Virus record (IMG/VR): IMGVR_UViG_3300034137_000024
Coordinates: 17,491 to 81,490 of that record
From: a virus
Length of the DNA: 64,000 nucleotides
Strand: one strand, 5' to 3'
Each line of letters begins with the position of its first letter. The first letter of the stretch is position 1. Shown one piece after another: positions 27,066-36,495 of this stretch. A program made the translations under genes and the position numbers. The notes under the pieces were generated by a model that saw nothing but the letters and a program-made list of their open reading frames with translations, was not told the origin of the DNA and made no database searches.

Positions 27066-28578
27066 TTGTATCGCTCCCCACGCCAACAAGTTCGTTCAAG
27101 TATGGCGAGCTGACGCCGCCGGTGGACTTGACCCGGTTAGAGAAGCCGAGGCCACGCTCCAAGGTCAGGGTGGTGTAAATCGCCCGGTAGGGCAGGATTT
27201 GGTGTGAAACCGCAACGACGTAGTAAATCGCGGAGAAGCTCCCACGTTTAATTCTTATGTAGTTGCCGGCGCGGATTTTCTCGTTACCCATGATCCGCAG
27301 CGTCCCCGACTCCAATAGAGAGTTGTCTTTGTTCTGCGCGACCAGGAACTCACGTCGACCGCGCTGCCATTCATCCAACGCCAGATTGCGCGTGGTGTGG
27401 TCAGCCATGGCCAAGCCTGACTTGGTGTTGCTGATCGTCGCCGCGCCCAGCGTTGAAGGAACCTCCATCAGGCGCATGCCGTAAAGGGTCTTGGCGCTGT
27501 TGGCATAGTCCGACAGGTCGACGCTGGCGCGATCATCGGCCGAATACCCCATCTGACGGGTGAGGCTGTCGGTATTGAGGTTCCAGCCGTCCGGCTGCAC
27601 CCAGTAATAGTTAGCGACCCCCTGATCCGAACGCTGGACGTTGAGCGAGATTATGTCGCTGTCTGGGATGTCGATCAGCACCAGGCGCGTCGCATCGACC
27701 GCCAGGGTGCCGGCGTAAGGGGAAAGGGTTACCGTGGGTTCCAGCGGGTTACCATCCAGCCCGAGCGCCGGGTTTTGCCGGTAAATGCAATAGACACCAT
27801 CGCTGTCCTCAGTAATGAACAGTTCGTTGAACGCCCCGATATCCATATACGTGCGAAGCAGGTTGTAAACCGAGCCCTCCTGCGACTGAATGCCCGCAAT
27901 GCCAGTGACACCCTCCACCACATTGTCCGTGTTGACGGTCACGCTGGGGAAGCCACAGCCAGAAGGCAGCAGGGTCGCAAGGAATGGGTTAATCAGTTTG
28001 TCGAACGCGATTTGGACAAACTCCTTGTTGGTGAGCGCATTCGAGTAGCCGGCGCCGAACTTCTCCAGCAGCTTGTAACTGGAAAGGATGTCCTCGCCGA
28101 TGATGTAGTTAGGGCCGTAGAAAATCTGGATCATCTGCCAGAGTTTCCCGTAATCCTGACCATTGATAACAACATTGCGCACGGGCGCCCCGTCCGGCCC
28201 TACGGTTTCATTTCGACTGATTTGAGAGACAAACCCGCGCATGACGATCGGCACCACGGTGGACTGGCCCGCCGTGGCGACGTGGCGGAATCGAATCTCC
28301 ACCAAATCCATCGGCTCGATGACGCCATAGAGAGAGTCCAGCCCGAGGCCGTTGTCATACGGGATATCCGGCACGGTGATGCTGAACCCGCCGGCAGGCT
28401 GGCGGATACTCTTGGTGGTGGTAACGGACGACTTGTCACCAAGCCACGGCGCTAAGTCGATAACCTTAGAGGTGCCCTGGAAGCGCGCCGACGTTGGGGT
28501 CGACCCGTCCGTGGTGGTGCGCTTGATGGTTTTGTAGACGGCTACCTGGTACTGCGGAAGGTGAGCGGAAAAGGCCAT
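27058..28578 (-). CDS. Baseplate hub protein
   Basis: Between tape measure and spike; PMD.VEIR, MRGFV..I.R, I.G.DYGK. Confidence 0.7.
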   Translation of the reverse strand: MAFSAHLPQYQVAVYKTIKRTTTDGSTPTSARFQGTSKVIDLAPWLGDKSSVTTTKSIRQPAGGFSITVPDIPYDNGLGLDSLYGVIEPMDLVEIRFRHVATAGQSTVVPIVMRGFVSQISRNETVGPDGAPVRNVVINGQDYGKLWQMIQIFYGPNYIIGEDILSSYKLLEKFGAGYSNALTNKEFVQIAFDKLINPFLATLLPSGCGFPSVTVNTDNVVEGVTGIAGIQSQEGSVYNLLRTYMDIGAFNELFITEDSDGVYCIYRQNPALGLDGNPLEPTVTLSPYAGTLAVDATRLVLIDIPDSDIISLNVQRSDQGVANYYWVQPDGWNLNTDSLTRQMGYSADDRASVDLSDYANSAKTLYGMRLMEVPSTLGAATISNTKSGLAMADHTTRNLALDEWQRGRREFLVAQNKDNSLLESGTLRIMGNEKIRAGNYIRIKRGSFSAIYYVVAVSHQILPYRAIYTTLTLERGLGFSNRVKSTGGVSSPYLNELVGVGSDTNG

Positions 28579-31175
28579 CAGTTCCCCCCACTCACAGCCG
28601 GTTTATAGACGGTGGTGGTCACCAGCGCGGGATCTGCTATTGGGTTGCCGTTGGCGTCAAACTTCACGTTCACGCTGACATTGTGATCGACGGTCTGAGC
28701 GCCGCCACTGCTGCTGGACGCCGCCGACGCCTCTTGCATTTCTTTCATCCGGCGATGGATCGCGGGCACATAGTCCTGATTTTCCTTGCCCCAGTTCTCC
28801 TGATTCCAACCACCGTTGTATTCGCGCAGCATCATATCGGTGTTTTTGCCGTGCTTTTCCTTGAGCTCGTCCATCAACTGCTCGTACATATAGAACCCGT
28901 CCTCGGTATTGGTCGGGTCCAGCTGCCGCTCGCTGCGCCGGGATAGCTCGCGTACGTTGGACGGCATGATTTGGAACAGCCCTTTGGCACCGGCTTTGCT
29001 CTCGGCGTTGGAGTTGAAACTGGACTCTTGAGCCATCAGACCGGCAGTGGTGCCAGGCTCAAACCCATAGCGCTTGTCTTCCTCGGCAGCACGGGCAAGT
29101 ACCGCAGGCGTGGCGACACCGCTGAGCTGGCCGGGCACGTCCGTGACGTTGCGGCCCTTCTCACCCCGCCATCGCATTTTTTCCGACTCCATGGCTGTGT
29201 TGTAATCATCCTGGGCGGCAGTTACCCGATCCTTGGCGAACTGCTGGTCGTCGGACAGGCCTTGGCCGCTAAGGCGCTGCCACAGCGGGGTGATTTTTTC
29301 GTAATCATTTCGGGCCTCGCTAAGGGCCTTTCCCTCTTTGGAACTGATGCCCTCGACCTTGTCCCAATGGTCCTTGTCGATACGCTTGGCGCTAAGCCCC
29401 AGTGGGTCCAGACCGGCGATTTTGAGAATGCCCGCCTGAATGTCAGAGAGCATTGGCAGGCCGTTGTCAGCCAGCCGCACCATAGCGTTAGCCCCGTCGA
29501 TCGAGGCCTTGCGCGCCTCGGAACCCTCGGTTTTCTCTTGGTGCTGGGCCGCCGCCTCGCGAACCTGAGCGTCTTTGTCGGCACTGGACAGGCCGGTGTT
29601 GGCCTCGATGTTCGCCATCCTGGCGATGCCGTCACTGTTCACTGACTTGATATCGATGCCCAGGTGCTGCATTCGCTTGCCGAGCGCGTCGTTTTTGACG
29701 GGATCGGAGGCCAGCCAGGCGGCCGACTGGGTTTTGTTGAGCCCGAAGGTGTTACTGAAGGCGTCGATCTTGAGGTCAGTACGGCCGGCGTAATTTTTCT
29801 CCAGTGCCTCCTGCAGCATGCTGAGGTTGGTTCGGTCGTCGGTCCAGACCGAGCTATGCACCCCACCACCGTCACGGCCATAGAGTCGCGACATTGCCGA
29901 GTTGGAGCCGAAAGCGGACCGGCCCGTGCCGAATGCACCACCCTCCAGCTGTATCGCAGCCTGAATAGGGTTTAGGTCTTCCTGACGCATGAGCACCGAA
30001 GACATGAAATTCTTACTGGCGGCCGTGGTGCCGCCGGCCCGGATCGAGGCGTCGATGGTGCCGATCATGTTGGCACCGTTGCCAGGCGTCATGCCGGGGA
30101 GGTCTAGATTCTGGAGTCCAGCCAGGCGAGAAAGCCAAGCACTCGCGCCGTTGCCGCTTAGGGACGTGCGTGCGTTGTTTTCCATGTAACGGGATAGGCC
30201 ACCCAAAACCTCGCTCATACGGGAGAACTGGCCGGCGCGGGCCACGGATTCGCCGATCGCCAGAGCCAGGCGCTTGCTGTCGTCGGCGCTTTTGGTCACG
30301 CCAATGCCGCGCATCTGCGAGAAGAAATCGACACCGGCAGACGGATCAAGGCCATAGGAACGCGAGAAACCGACCCCTACCCCCACCTCATCACGTAGGC
30401 CTGCCGGGTCCGAGCCATTGGAGCCAGCCTGCCGGGCGTAACGACTGGTGAGCGCCGTCGCCTCGGTGTCGGTCAGGGAAAATTCGTCCGCCAGGTCGCG
30501 GGTATTGGCCTTTAAGTCCGAAAACGAGACGTTCACGTCGCCCAGCTGGCGTTTGAGCGCGTCGACGCTGACGGCAATGTCCTTGGCTTCGCCCAGGCTG
30601 CCCAGCAGACTGGAGATTGCACCGGTAAACGCACCGATCGCAGCGCCTAAAGGGCCACCGGCTAGGCCCCCCGCCAGCGCGCCGGATGCGACACCACCAG
30701 CCAGACCTCCGACCTGACTGGCTACCCCGCCGGCAATGCCGGCAGCGGCGCCAGAGAATGCCCGCTGGCCCGCTCCGGACGACTTCTTGCGGGTACCGGA
30801 CGGCTGCGGCTGCGAGGGCAATACCGTTTCGATCTGATCCGGGCCAAGGTTACCGACCATCGTTTGGGCATGACGCGAGCGCTGGGTGGGGTCAGTCCAG
30901 ACCTTGTCCCAATTCACCTTATCGAACGTCAGGCCGTCCTGCCCGGCACTTTCCAGGCTTTTGCGCAGACCGGGCGACAGGCGCACCATGGTCTCGAACT
31001 CCTTGCGCATCTTCGTGGCGTCGTCCAGCGACATCTTGCTGATCGGCGCAAACTTGATATGCCCAGCCTTCTCGGCGGCTTGCCCGAGGCTGTTAAATGC
31101 CGCTTGTACCTGTTTCAGCTGGTCATTGAGATCCTGCTGATTCAGTTCGGCATTGATCGGGATCTTGATTCCCAT
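28578..31175 (-). CDS. Tape measure protein with C-terminal lytic transglycosylase
   Basis: Ala/Gly-rich helical; GLMAQESSFN..A.S.AGAKGLFQIMP...YNGG. Confidence 0.88.
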   Translation of the reverse strand: MGIKIPINAELNQQDLNDQLKQVQAAFNSLGQAAEKAGHIKFAPISKMSLDDATKMRKEFETMVRLSPGLRKSLESAGQDGLTFDKVNWDKVWTDPTQRSRHAQTMVGNLGPDQIETVLPSQPQPSGTRKKSSGAGQRAFSGAAAGIAGGVASQVGGLAGGVASGALAGGLAGGPLGAAIGAFTGAISSLLGSLGEAKDIAVSVDALKRQLGDVNVSFSDLKANTRDLADEFSLTDTEATALTSRYARQAGSNGSDPAGLRDEVGVGVGFSRSYGLDPSAGVDFFSQMRGIGVTKSADDSKRLALAIGESVARAGQFSRMSEVLGGLSRYMENNARTSLSGNGASAWLSRLAGLQNLDLPGMTPGNGANMIGTIDASIRAGGTTAASKNFMSSVLMRQEDLNPIQAAIQLEGGAFGTGRSAFGSNSAMSRLYGRDGGGVHSSVWTDDRTNLSMLQEALEKNYAGRTDLKIDAFSNTFGLNKTQSAAWLASDPVKNDALGKRMQHLGIDIKSVNSDGIARMANIEANTGLSSADKDAQVREAAAQHQEKTEGSEARKASIDGANAMVRLADNGLPMLSDIQAGILKIAGLDPLGLSAKRIDKDHWDKVEGISSKEGKALSEARNDYEKITPLWQRLSGQGLSDDQQFAKDRVTAAQDDYNTAMESEKMRWRGEKGRNVTDVPGQLSGVATPAVLARAAEEDKRYGFEPGTTAGLMAQESSFNSNAESKAGAKGLFQIMPSNVRELSRRSERQLDPTNTEDGFYMYEQLMDELKEKHGKNTDMMLREYNGGWNQENWGKENQDYVPAIHRRMKEMQEASAASSSSGGAQTVDHNVSVNVKFDANGNPIADPALVTTTVYKPAVSGGN

Positions 31176-31184
31176 GTGGTCAAC

Positions 31185-31457
31185 CTACTCTATGTCTTCC
31201 CAGTCGCCCGGGTCTGGCGGGAATTCAGGCTCGACGGCGGCAGCCGAAGCGACCTCGGCGGCTCTGGCGGCGGCGCGGGCTTCGATCTCGGCCAGGTAAC
31301 CGTCTTCGTCAAAATCCTCGTCCTCGATTTCTTCTGAGGCGGGGTTTTCGAGGTAGTGATAGGCCCAGTACTCGGTCTCGATTTGCGCCATGGTCATGTC
31401 GAGAAAACGCGGGTCAGTCGGGGCCAGCTTGTACTTGTGGCGAAACCAGAAGGTCAT
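31185..31457 (-). CDS. Tail assembly chaperone, second (frameshift) segment
   Basis: WFRHKYKL.P.DPRFLD; lies between chaperone and tape measure. Confidence 0.7.
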   Translation of the reverse strand: MTFWFRHKYKLAPTDPRFLDMTMAQIETEYWAYHYLENPASEEIEDEDFDEDGYLAEIEARAAARAAEVASAAAVEPEFPPDPGDWEDIE

Positions 31458-31473
31458 GCGGCCCGACAGGTCC

Positions 31474-31818
31474 TTACCTGCGCGCTTTGACTCCCGCTTT
31501 CGCTTGGCGGCGAAAGTCCTCCTCCTTAGCACGGAGCGCGCCGTACACCAGGAGGATCTTGTCGTAGCTGTCCTGCTCGAGCGGATCGAGCGTGTCCACG
31601 TCCCAGCCGGTCGGACCTTCGACCAGCAGCACTTTGAGCGTCGCCATCCAGGTACACATCTGCGCCAGGTAGGTCGTCGGGGTGTCGACACCCTCGGTGA
31701 GGCGGGAAAACTCGGCCGCAATACGCATTTCGTCGCGCATCATTCGGCGGGCGAACACGAAGTGCCCCACGTCGTCGACGTCCAGGTGGTAGTCGGTATC
31801 GCTTGCTGATCGGCTCAT
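31474..31818 (-). CDS. Tail assembly chaperone
   Basis: Position after the tube gene; MSRSASDTDY... Confidence 0.75.
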   Translation of the reverse strand: MSRSASDTDYHLDVDDVGHFVFARRMMRDEMRIAAEFSRLTEGVDTPTTYLAQMCTWMATLKVLLVEGPTGWDVDTLDPLEQDSYDKILLVYGALRAKEEDFRRQAKAGVKARR

Positions 31819-31853
31819 GAAAAACCCTTGTGGCAAATTTGGAATAAGCCGGG

Positions 31854-31869
31854 ATTGTCCAGTCACGAC
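31854..31869 (-). promoter_or_regulatory. Late-type promoter GTCGTGAC-TG-GACAAT
   Basis: Consensus match right after a terminator. Confidence 0.7.
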
Positions 31870-31873
31870 ACAA

Positions 31874-31900
31874 ACAAAAAGCCCGCACGGGGCGGGCTTC
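31874..31900 (-). terminator. Rho-independent terminator after the tube gene
   Basis: AAGCCCGC-acggg-GCGGGCTT with A-run on + strand. Confidence 0.8.
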
Positions 31901-31923
31901 TTGTTGGTTCAACGGCCGGGCTG

Positions 31924-32352
31924 TTAGGCGCCGGTACCGGTGACGTCCAGGGCGTAGAAAGTGCCGTTGCTCATCACAATGGCGTGCTTGCTGATTTCCA
32001 GGTCGCCGGAGGCATAGCTCACACCCGTGTAGTTGCGCAGCAAAGTGCCGTCATCCTTGGCGTACACCTCGATGCTGAACACCAGCCCCTGCAGGACAGA
32101 GTCGCCGTCCTCGGGGAAGATGCCCAAGCTACGCATGGTGTCGGCTTCCAACACCATCCGGGACACGCTCAGGGTGTGGCGCGCCATGGTGGGCACGTAC
32201 TCCTGCGCGTGGATGTCACCGATGCCGGAGGCCGGCTCCGGAGAGTAGTCGTCGCTCATGCGTACCGACTGGATCATGCCGAACTGGCTGCCGTCGAAGG
32301 TGACGACAATCCGGTTACCGCTCTGAACCTTTTTGTTCGTGGTCATTGCCAT
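31924..32352 (-). CDS. Tail tube protein
   Basis: 142 aa after the sheath gene; SGIGDIH.QE.VP. Confidence 0.85.
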   Translation of the reverse strand: MAMTTNKKVQSGNRIVVTFDGSQFGMIQSVRMSDDYSPEPASGIGDIHAQEYVPTMARHTLSVSRMVLEADTMRSLGIFPEDGDSVLQGLVFSIEVYAKDDGTLLRNYTGVSYASGDLEISKHAIVMSNGTFYALDVTGTGA

Positions 32353-32365
32353 GTGTCAGCCCTCC

Positions 32366-34084
32366 TTACGAGCTCGCAGTGCCGGTGAAAATCGACAGCG
32401 AGATCGAAACCGGGATGTAGTTGACCGGGATGACCGGAGAACAGGTGAAGGCCACAGCCAACACGTCGCCGCTGGCGGTGACGGTGATGTTTTTGTAGGC
32501 CGGGTTGTCGTCGTCGCCCGCGAGGACGCCAGGACCGGTCGGCTCAGCGACTGCCAGCGCTTTAAGGGCGGCTTTGGTGATGGCGAGAGCGCGAGCCAGG
32601 GTGACCTGGTTGTTCTTCTCGCCGCGCAGCACGTCCAGAGCCTCACGGACGGTTCGGGCGGTGTAGTCGGTTGCCCAGCCGCACGATTGCTCGACACGGT
32701 TGTACTTGGTGTCTTTCAACCAGGTGGAAATTGACTTGACGACCTTGTAACCGGTCTTGGTGTTTTCCAGGCACAGCACACCACCAGTAATCAGCGCGTC
32801 GGTGTCGGTCGGGTTGCGCAGGTTGCGCTCCAGGCCGCTGACGTTGATTGTCTTGTTGGTCAGAGCGGTGCCCGGGTTTACGCCGGCGAACATGCCGCAC
32901 AGCAGAGCGGCCATATACATCGGCGCGAAAAGAACCAAGTTCTCGTTGCTGTCGTAGTCGTAGTAACCCAGGTGAACCAGCGAAGTACGGTCCGAGGCCA
33001 GCGCTTTCGCATAGGCGATCGCTGCGGTGTCGGAGGTGCCAGCCGGAGTGCCAACGATGCTACGGCGCTCCATGCGGCCATACTTGCTCATGTACTGGAC
33101 ATGAGAGTCAGCCATCGACCAGATGGCCGCGCTGCTGCTTACAGGGGAGATCCACTGCGCGTCGATTCCCTGCATGGTGGTGAATGCGCTACTCCACTCA
33201 GTGGTGGTGGTAACGCCTTCGGAGCCGCCAGACAGATAGACAAAGCTGGTGGTGGTCGGGGCAGCGCCGGCGCCGCTTGCGCGGGTAGCGGTGATGTAGC
33301 CCTCACCCGTGCCGTTGAGCCAGTCCACGACAGCCTGCAGGTTCGCAGTGATCGTCACCGCCTCGGTCATGACGTCTACGTTCGTCACATAGTCCAGGCC
33401 GTTCTCGGCGCTGTCATCTTCATCGGCATCGTTCGAGATCGAGGCGCTGAATCCGGTCACGGTGTTGATGTAGTCGACCACTTGCGAGTAGGTCGAGTAG
33501 GTCGCCAAGTCGACGGTTGCCACGGTTGTGCCGCTCGGCGCCTGCAGGATGATCGAGGTACCGGTAACGGTAATGGTCGCCGAGGCCTCGCTGCCGGTGT
33601 ACTGCACGTCGAATGCATCGCGGGCGATATCGTCCTCGGTGTAGTAGTCGTCCACATATTGCGTGGTCACCGCCAGGCCAGTATTGGTGCCGGTTTCAAC
33701 CTTGATTCTGATCTGGCTGGTCCACAGGCCATAGTCGGTCGACACGATGTCGATAACGTCGTTACCGGCAGCGTCCAGCAGAGTGGTCGAGGATTGCAGC
33801 GCCGGGTTAACGCGCACGGCGTACACGGTGGACGGGCCGCCAGTGTCGTCGCTCGGGTCGAACGCTTTCTGGATGGCGGTCAGCAGCGGACCGCTGCGCA
33901 GGGTCGCCAGGGCTTCGGCTTGGGAGCTGAAGGTCAACTGGGTGTTGGGTTCGCCCCCGGTGGAACTGCCGATGAACGCGGCATAGTTGCCCACGCCCGA
34001 ACTCTGGCTAGCCATCGCCGAATCATCGACGCTGGACATAGTGGCAGGCGTAATCCAGAGCTTGCCGTTGAAGAAATACGACAT
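32366..34084 (-). CDS. Tail sheath protein
   Basis: G.S.GGEPN, LRSG.LL.A...AF.PS, C-terminal P..PVNYI. Confidence 0.9.
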   Translation of the reverse strand: MSYFFNGKLWITPATMSSVDDSAMASQSSGVGNYAAFIGSSTGGEPNTQLTFSSQAEALATLRSGPLLTAIQKAFDPSDDTGGPSTVYAVRVNPALQSSTTLLDAAGNDVIDIVSTDYGLWTSQIRIKVETGTNTGLAVTTQYVDDYYTEDDIARDAFDVQYTGSEASATITVTGTSIILQAPSGTTVATVDLATYSTYSQVVDYINTVTGFSASISNDADEDDSAENGLDYVTNVDVMTEAVTITANLQAVVDWLNGTGEGYITATRASGAGAAPTTTSFVYLSGGSEGVTTTTEWSSAFTTMQGIDAQWISPVSSSAAIWSMADSHVQYMSKYGRMERRSIVGTPAGTSDTAAIAYAKALASDRTSLVHLGYYDYDSNENLVLFAPMYMAALLCGMFAGVNPGTALTNKTINVSGLERNLRNPTDTDALITGGVLCLENTKTGYKVVKSISTWLKDTKYNRVEQSCGWATDYTARTVREALDVLRGEKNNQVTLARALAITKAALKALAVAEPTGPGVLAGDDDNPAYKNITVTASGDVLAVAFTCSPVIPVNYIPVSISLSIFTGTASS

Positions 34085-34090
34085 TGGGGA

Positions 34091-34426
34091 TTATTCCTCA
34101 ATAACTTGCTGGGAAAAGGCGATAAAACGGGAGGCAAACTCGGACTCGTAGTCCTTCACCCGGCCGGCGGCGGATTCGGAGTAGTTGAAGGCGTTGATGA
34201 GTTCGACGCGCTTGTCACGGAGGGAGAGCCGCATCATGTATTCGCGCAGGGTTACCTGCGGCTGCGTGCTGGCTATGGTCGTGGTCGAAGTTACAGTCGC
34301 CGTTTCAGCGGTGCCGGCATCTGCCACCGTGGAGGCAGTGCTGGCGGTTGCGGTGGCCGTCGCGGTGGTTTCATCAGCCGTGGCGGTGCTTTCGGAGCTA
34401 TCGTCCGAAGTAGTCGTGTCGGTCAT
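34091..34426 (-). CDS. Hypothetical structural protein, Thr/Ala-rich N-terminus
   Basis: In the tail operon. Confidence 0.7.
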   Translation of the reverse strand: MTDTTTSDDSSESTATADETTATATATASTASTVADAGTAETATVTSTTTIASTQPQVTLREYMMRLSLRDKRVELINAFNYSESAAGRVKDYESEFASRFIAFSQQVIEE

Positions 34427-34481
34427 TGGGAGGTACCTATAGAAAGGGCTGCCCGCAGGCAGCTAAAAGCGGAATTCGGGC

Positions 34482-35306
34482 TCAAATGTTGATCTCGCTC
34501 GTCACTTCGGTGATGGAGCCGAAGCGGCCAACCACGCGGGCCGGGGCGATGCAGGAAAAGGTCCCTACGGTCTGGTACATGGGCGCGTTGAACTCGCCGC
34601 TGACCGCATCAACGTCGGATTGGGAAAAACTGACTTGCTGGAGGCCGAGGCTGTTAAAAACGGCGAGGTTGGCGATCACCAGGCGGCGCAGCGCCTTGCG
34701 AAGCTCGATGCGCTCGTCTGAGTTGAGCGACCAGCCGATGACGCTGATTTGCACGTTGGCAATCCAGCCCTCGGTTTCGAGCCAGTCCTCACCCAGGAAG
34801 TCGTCACCCTGTATGTCCTCGCCGATACCACGCTCGCCCGGGGCTTCGTGCTCGAGCTGGACGGTAACGAGAGGGAACTTGATGCCGTGCTCGACTGACG
34901 GCGGGGCCGTGAAAACCTGTATGTAGCCGAGTTCTGGGGTGAAGTGACCCCGCGTAACTTCGGTCAACAGGCCGCGCTCCAGGCGATCGCGTAGAACAGC
35001 CACAGCGTCGGTGCTGTGGTCTTCGTAACCTGCAGTTGGAGTGCCCGAGGCGGTATCCCCGGCGACCCACGCGCCGCTGACGTAGTAATAGGGCTTGTAG
35101 AAAGCCATTACGTCGTTCAACAGGCTCTGGGCGTCTACGAATTTCTGGTCGGTGCCCAGGTACACACACACCGCACTCGCGTCATCGACACCGGTGAAGG
35201 TGTCCGCGCCTTTGCGCAGCACACGCCAGTAGCTCGCCCCTGTTGGGGGAGAGAGAAACAGTCGCAGGGCGTTGCCTGCTTGTAGGGGCCAGATGCTCGA
35301 AATCAT
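34482..35306 (-). CDS. Tail completion / neck-type protein
   Basis: Upstream of the sheath; own late-type promoter. Confidence 0.65.
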   Translation of the reverse strand: MISSIWPLQAGNALRLFLSPPTGASYWRVLRKGADTFTGVDDASAVCVYLGTDQKFVDAQSLLNDVMAFYKPYYYVSGAWVAGDTASGTPTAGYEDHSTDAVAVLRDRLERGLLTEVTRGHFTPELGYIQVFTAPPSVEHGIKFPLVTVQLEHEAPGERGIGEDIQGDDFLGEDWLETEGWIANVQISVIGWSLNSDERIELRKALRRLVIANLAVFNSLGLQQVSFSQSDVDAVSGEFNAPMYQTVGTFSCIAPARVVGRFGSITEVTSEINI

Positions 35307-35312
35307 GAGCCC

Positions 35313-35359
35313 ATCGTCGTGTCACGACGCTGGCGGCTGTTTCATCGTGACAAGAAGAT
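35313..35359. promoter_or_regulatory. Divergent pair of late-type promoters, both leaderless
   Basis: (-) GTCGTGAC-AC-GACGAT 35328-35313, ATG 35306; (+) ATCGTGAC-AA-GAAGAT 35344-35359, ATG 35366. Confidence 0.75.
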
Positions 35360-35365
35360 TTCGGC

Positions 35366-36214
35366 ATGAACGAACTACAAATCAGCACCAGTATCGATAT
35401 CGGCGGCCTGCTCGACCTACAGGGGATCATCAACAAGCAGGTGTTCCCCCTGCTAAACCAGGCAGTACGCGGCGTCGCCCAGCAAACCGCGTCCAACTGG
35501 CAGGAAAACGTCTACCAGGCCAAGCTCTGGAGCGGTGAAAAGAAGGCCTATGCCAAGTCCATCACCTGGGCGATGACGGGGGATTTCACTGCGCTGGTGC
35601 AGTCCGATTATCAGTACGACAGGGACATCGAGAGCGGCCGCCCGGCTCGGGACCTCAAGAAGATGCTGGACACCAGCAGCAAGGTGCGCCGGACAAAGGA
35701 CGGGCGCCGGTTCCTGATCATCCCGATGCGACACAGCGTGAAGAAACTGGAGGACGCTGGCCTGTACGGCATGGCCCAGTCGTTGGAGGCGTCCAAGGTC
35801 ACTGGGCAGGGGAAGCGCCAGAGCGGCGAGGTCACGCACATATCGCCAAATTCAGGCATGAGCAAGGCAGCGCACCAAACGCCCTACCTGTCGAACACCA
35901 AGACGAAGCAGGCCATGATGGTCAACCAGAACCAGTATGCATGGGGTGGGCACTTATCCCGGGCGGGCATGAAGGCCGCCGGCATAGACGCGGCAACACG
36001 CAAGTGGGCCGCCGGCATGCACCGGTTCGACACCAGCACCCCGGGGGGAGGCAAATCGAGCTCATACCTTTCATTTAGGGTCATGATGGAAAATAGCCAG
36101 GGCTGGATCGTGCCTGCACAGCCAGGCCAGTACATCGCGAAAAAGACCGCGCTGAACATGCAGATTCTTGCCCAAACGGTCTTTGCGGAGGCGGTCAAGC
36201 GCACCCTCAGCTAA
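35366..36214 (+). CDS. Putative neck / virion morphogenesis protein in inverted orientation
   Basis: 282 aa; ..IE.GRP..DLKK.L..S.KVR..K.G.RFLIIP. Confidence 0.7.
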   Translation: MNELQISTSIDIGGLLDLQGIINKQVFPLLNQAVRGVAQQTASNWQENVYQAKLWSGEKKAYAKSITWAMTGDFTALVQSDYQYDRDIESGRPARDLKKMLDTSSKVRRTKDGRRFLIIPMRHSVKKLEDAGLYGMAQSLEASKVTGQGKRQSGEVTHISPNSGMSKAAHQTPYLSNTKTKQAMMVNQNQYAWGGHLSRAGMKAAGIDAATRKWAAGMHRFDTSTPGGGKSSSYLSFRVMMENSQGWIVPAQPGQYIAKKTALNMQILAQTVFAEAVKRTLS

Positions 36215-36234
36215 GGCTTGCAGACCGGGGGCGG

Positions 36235-36429
36235 TCAATAGACCCCATATTCCATGCGCCCAAGGAAGTCGCGCACAAGCTCAAGGTCAGCGTCAGTAGA
36301 CATCATTTCGACGGGCGCCCTGCCATCAAGGCCACGGGCTGGCGTCAACATCCACGCCTCAGCGAGGTCGCGGCCGCCGAGCACTTCGGTTGCCTTGTTT
36401 AGGATTTCCTCGTAGACAGTTGCGCTCAT
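36235..36429 (-). CDS. Orphan MbcA/ParS/Xre-type antitoxin (toxin-binding domain only)
   Basis: A.EVLG....A..WM.TP.RGL.GR.P.EM..T.A..ELV...LGRMEYG. Confidence 0.85.
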   Translation of the reverse strand: MSATVYEEILNKATEVLGGRDLAEAWMLTPARGLDGRAPVEMMSTDADLELVRDFLGRMEYGVY

Positions 36430-36495
36430 GTGTCCCCCTGCGGTCGTTTGCCAATGGCAAATTAGGCCAATCTGCAGGAGGACGCCACACCCCAA

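Noticed and set aside
31458-31721. 178-aa version of the second chaperone ORF
   Set aside because: The upstream part overlaps the first chaperone in another frame; better explained by a frameshift or a start at 31457.
32972-34492. 506-aa + strand ORF
   Set aside because: Antisense shadow of the tail sheath gene, no recognisable motifs. The same applies to 6961-7995, 12811-13833, 40593-41633 and 54020-54982.
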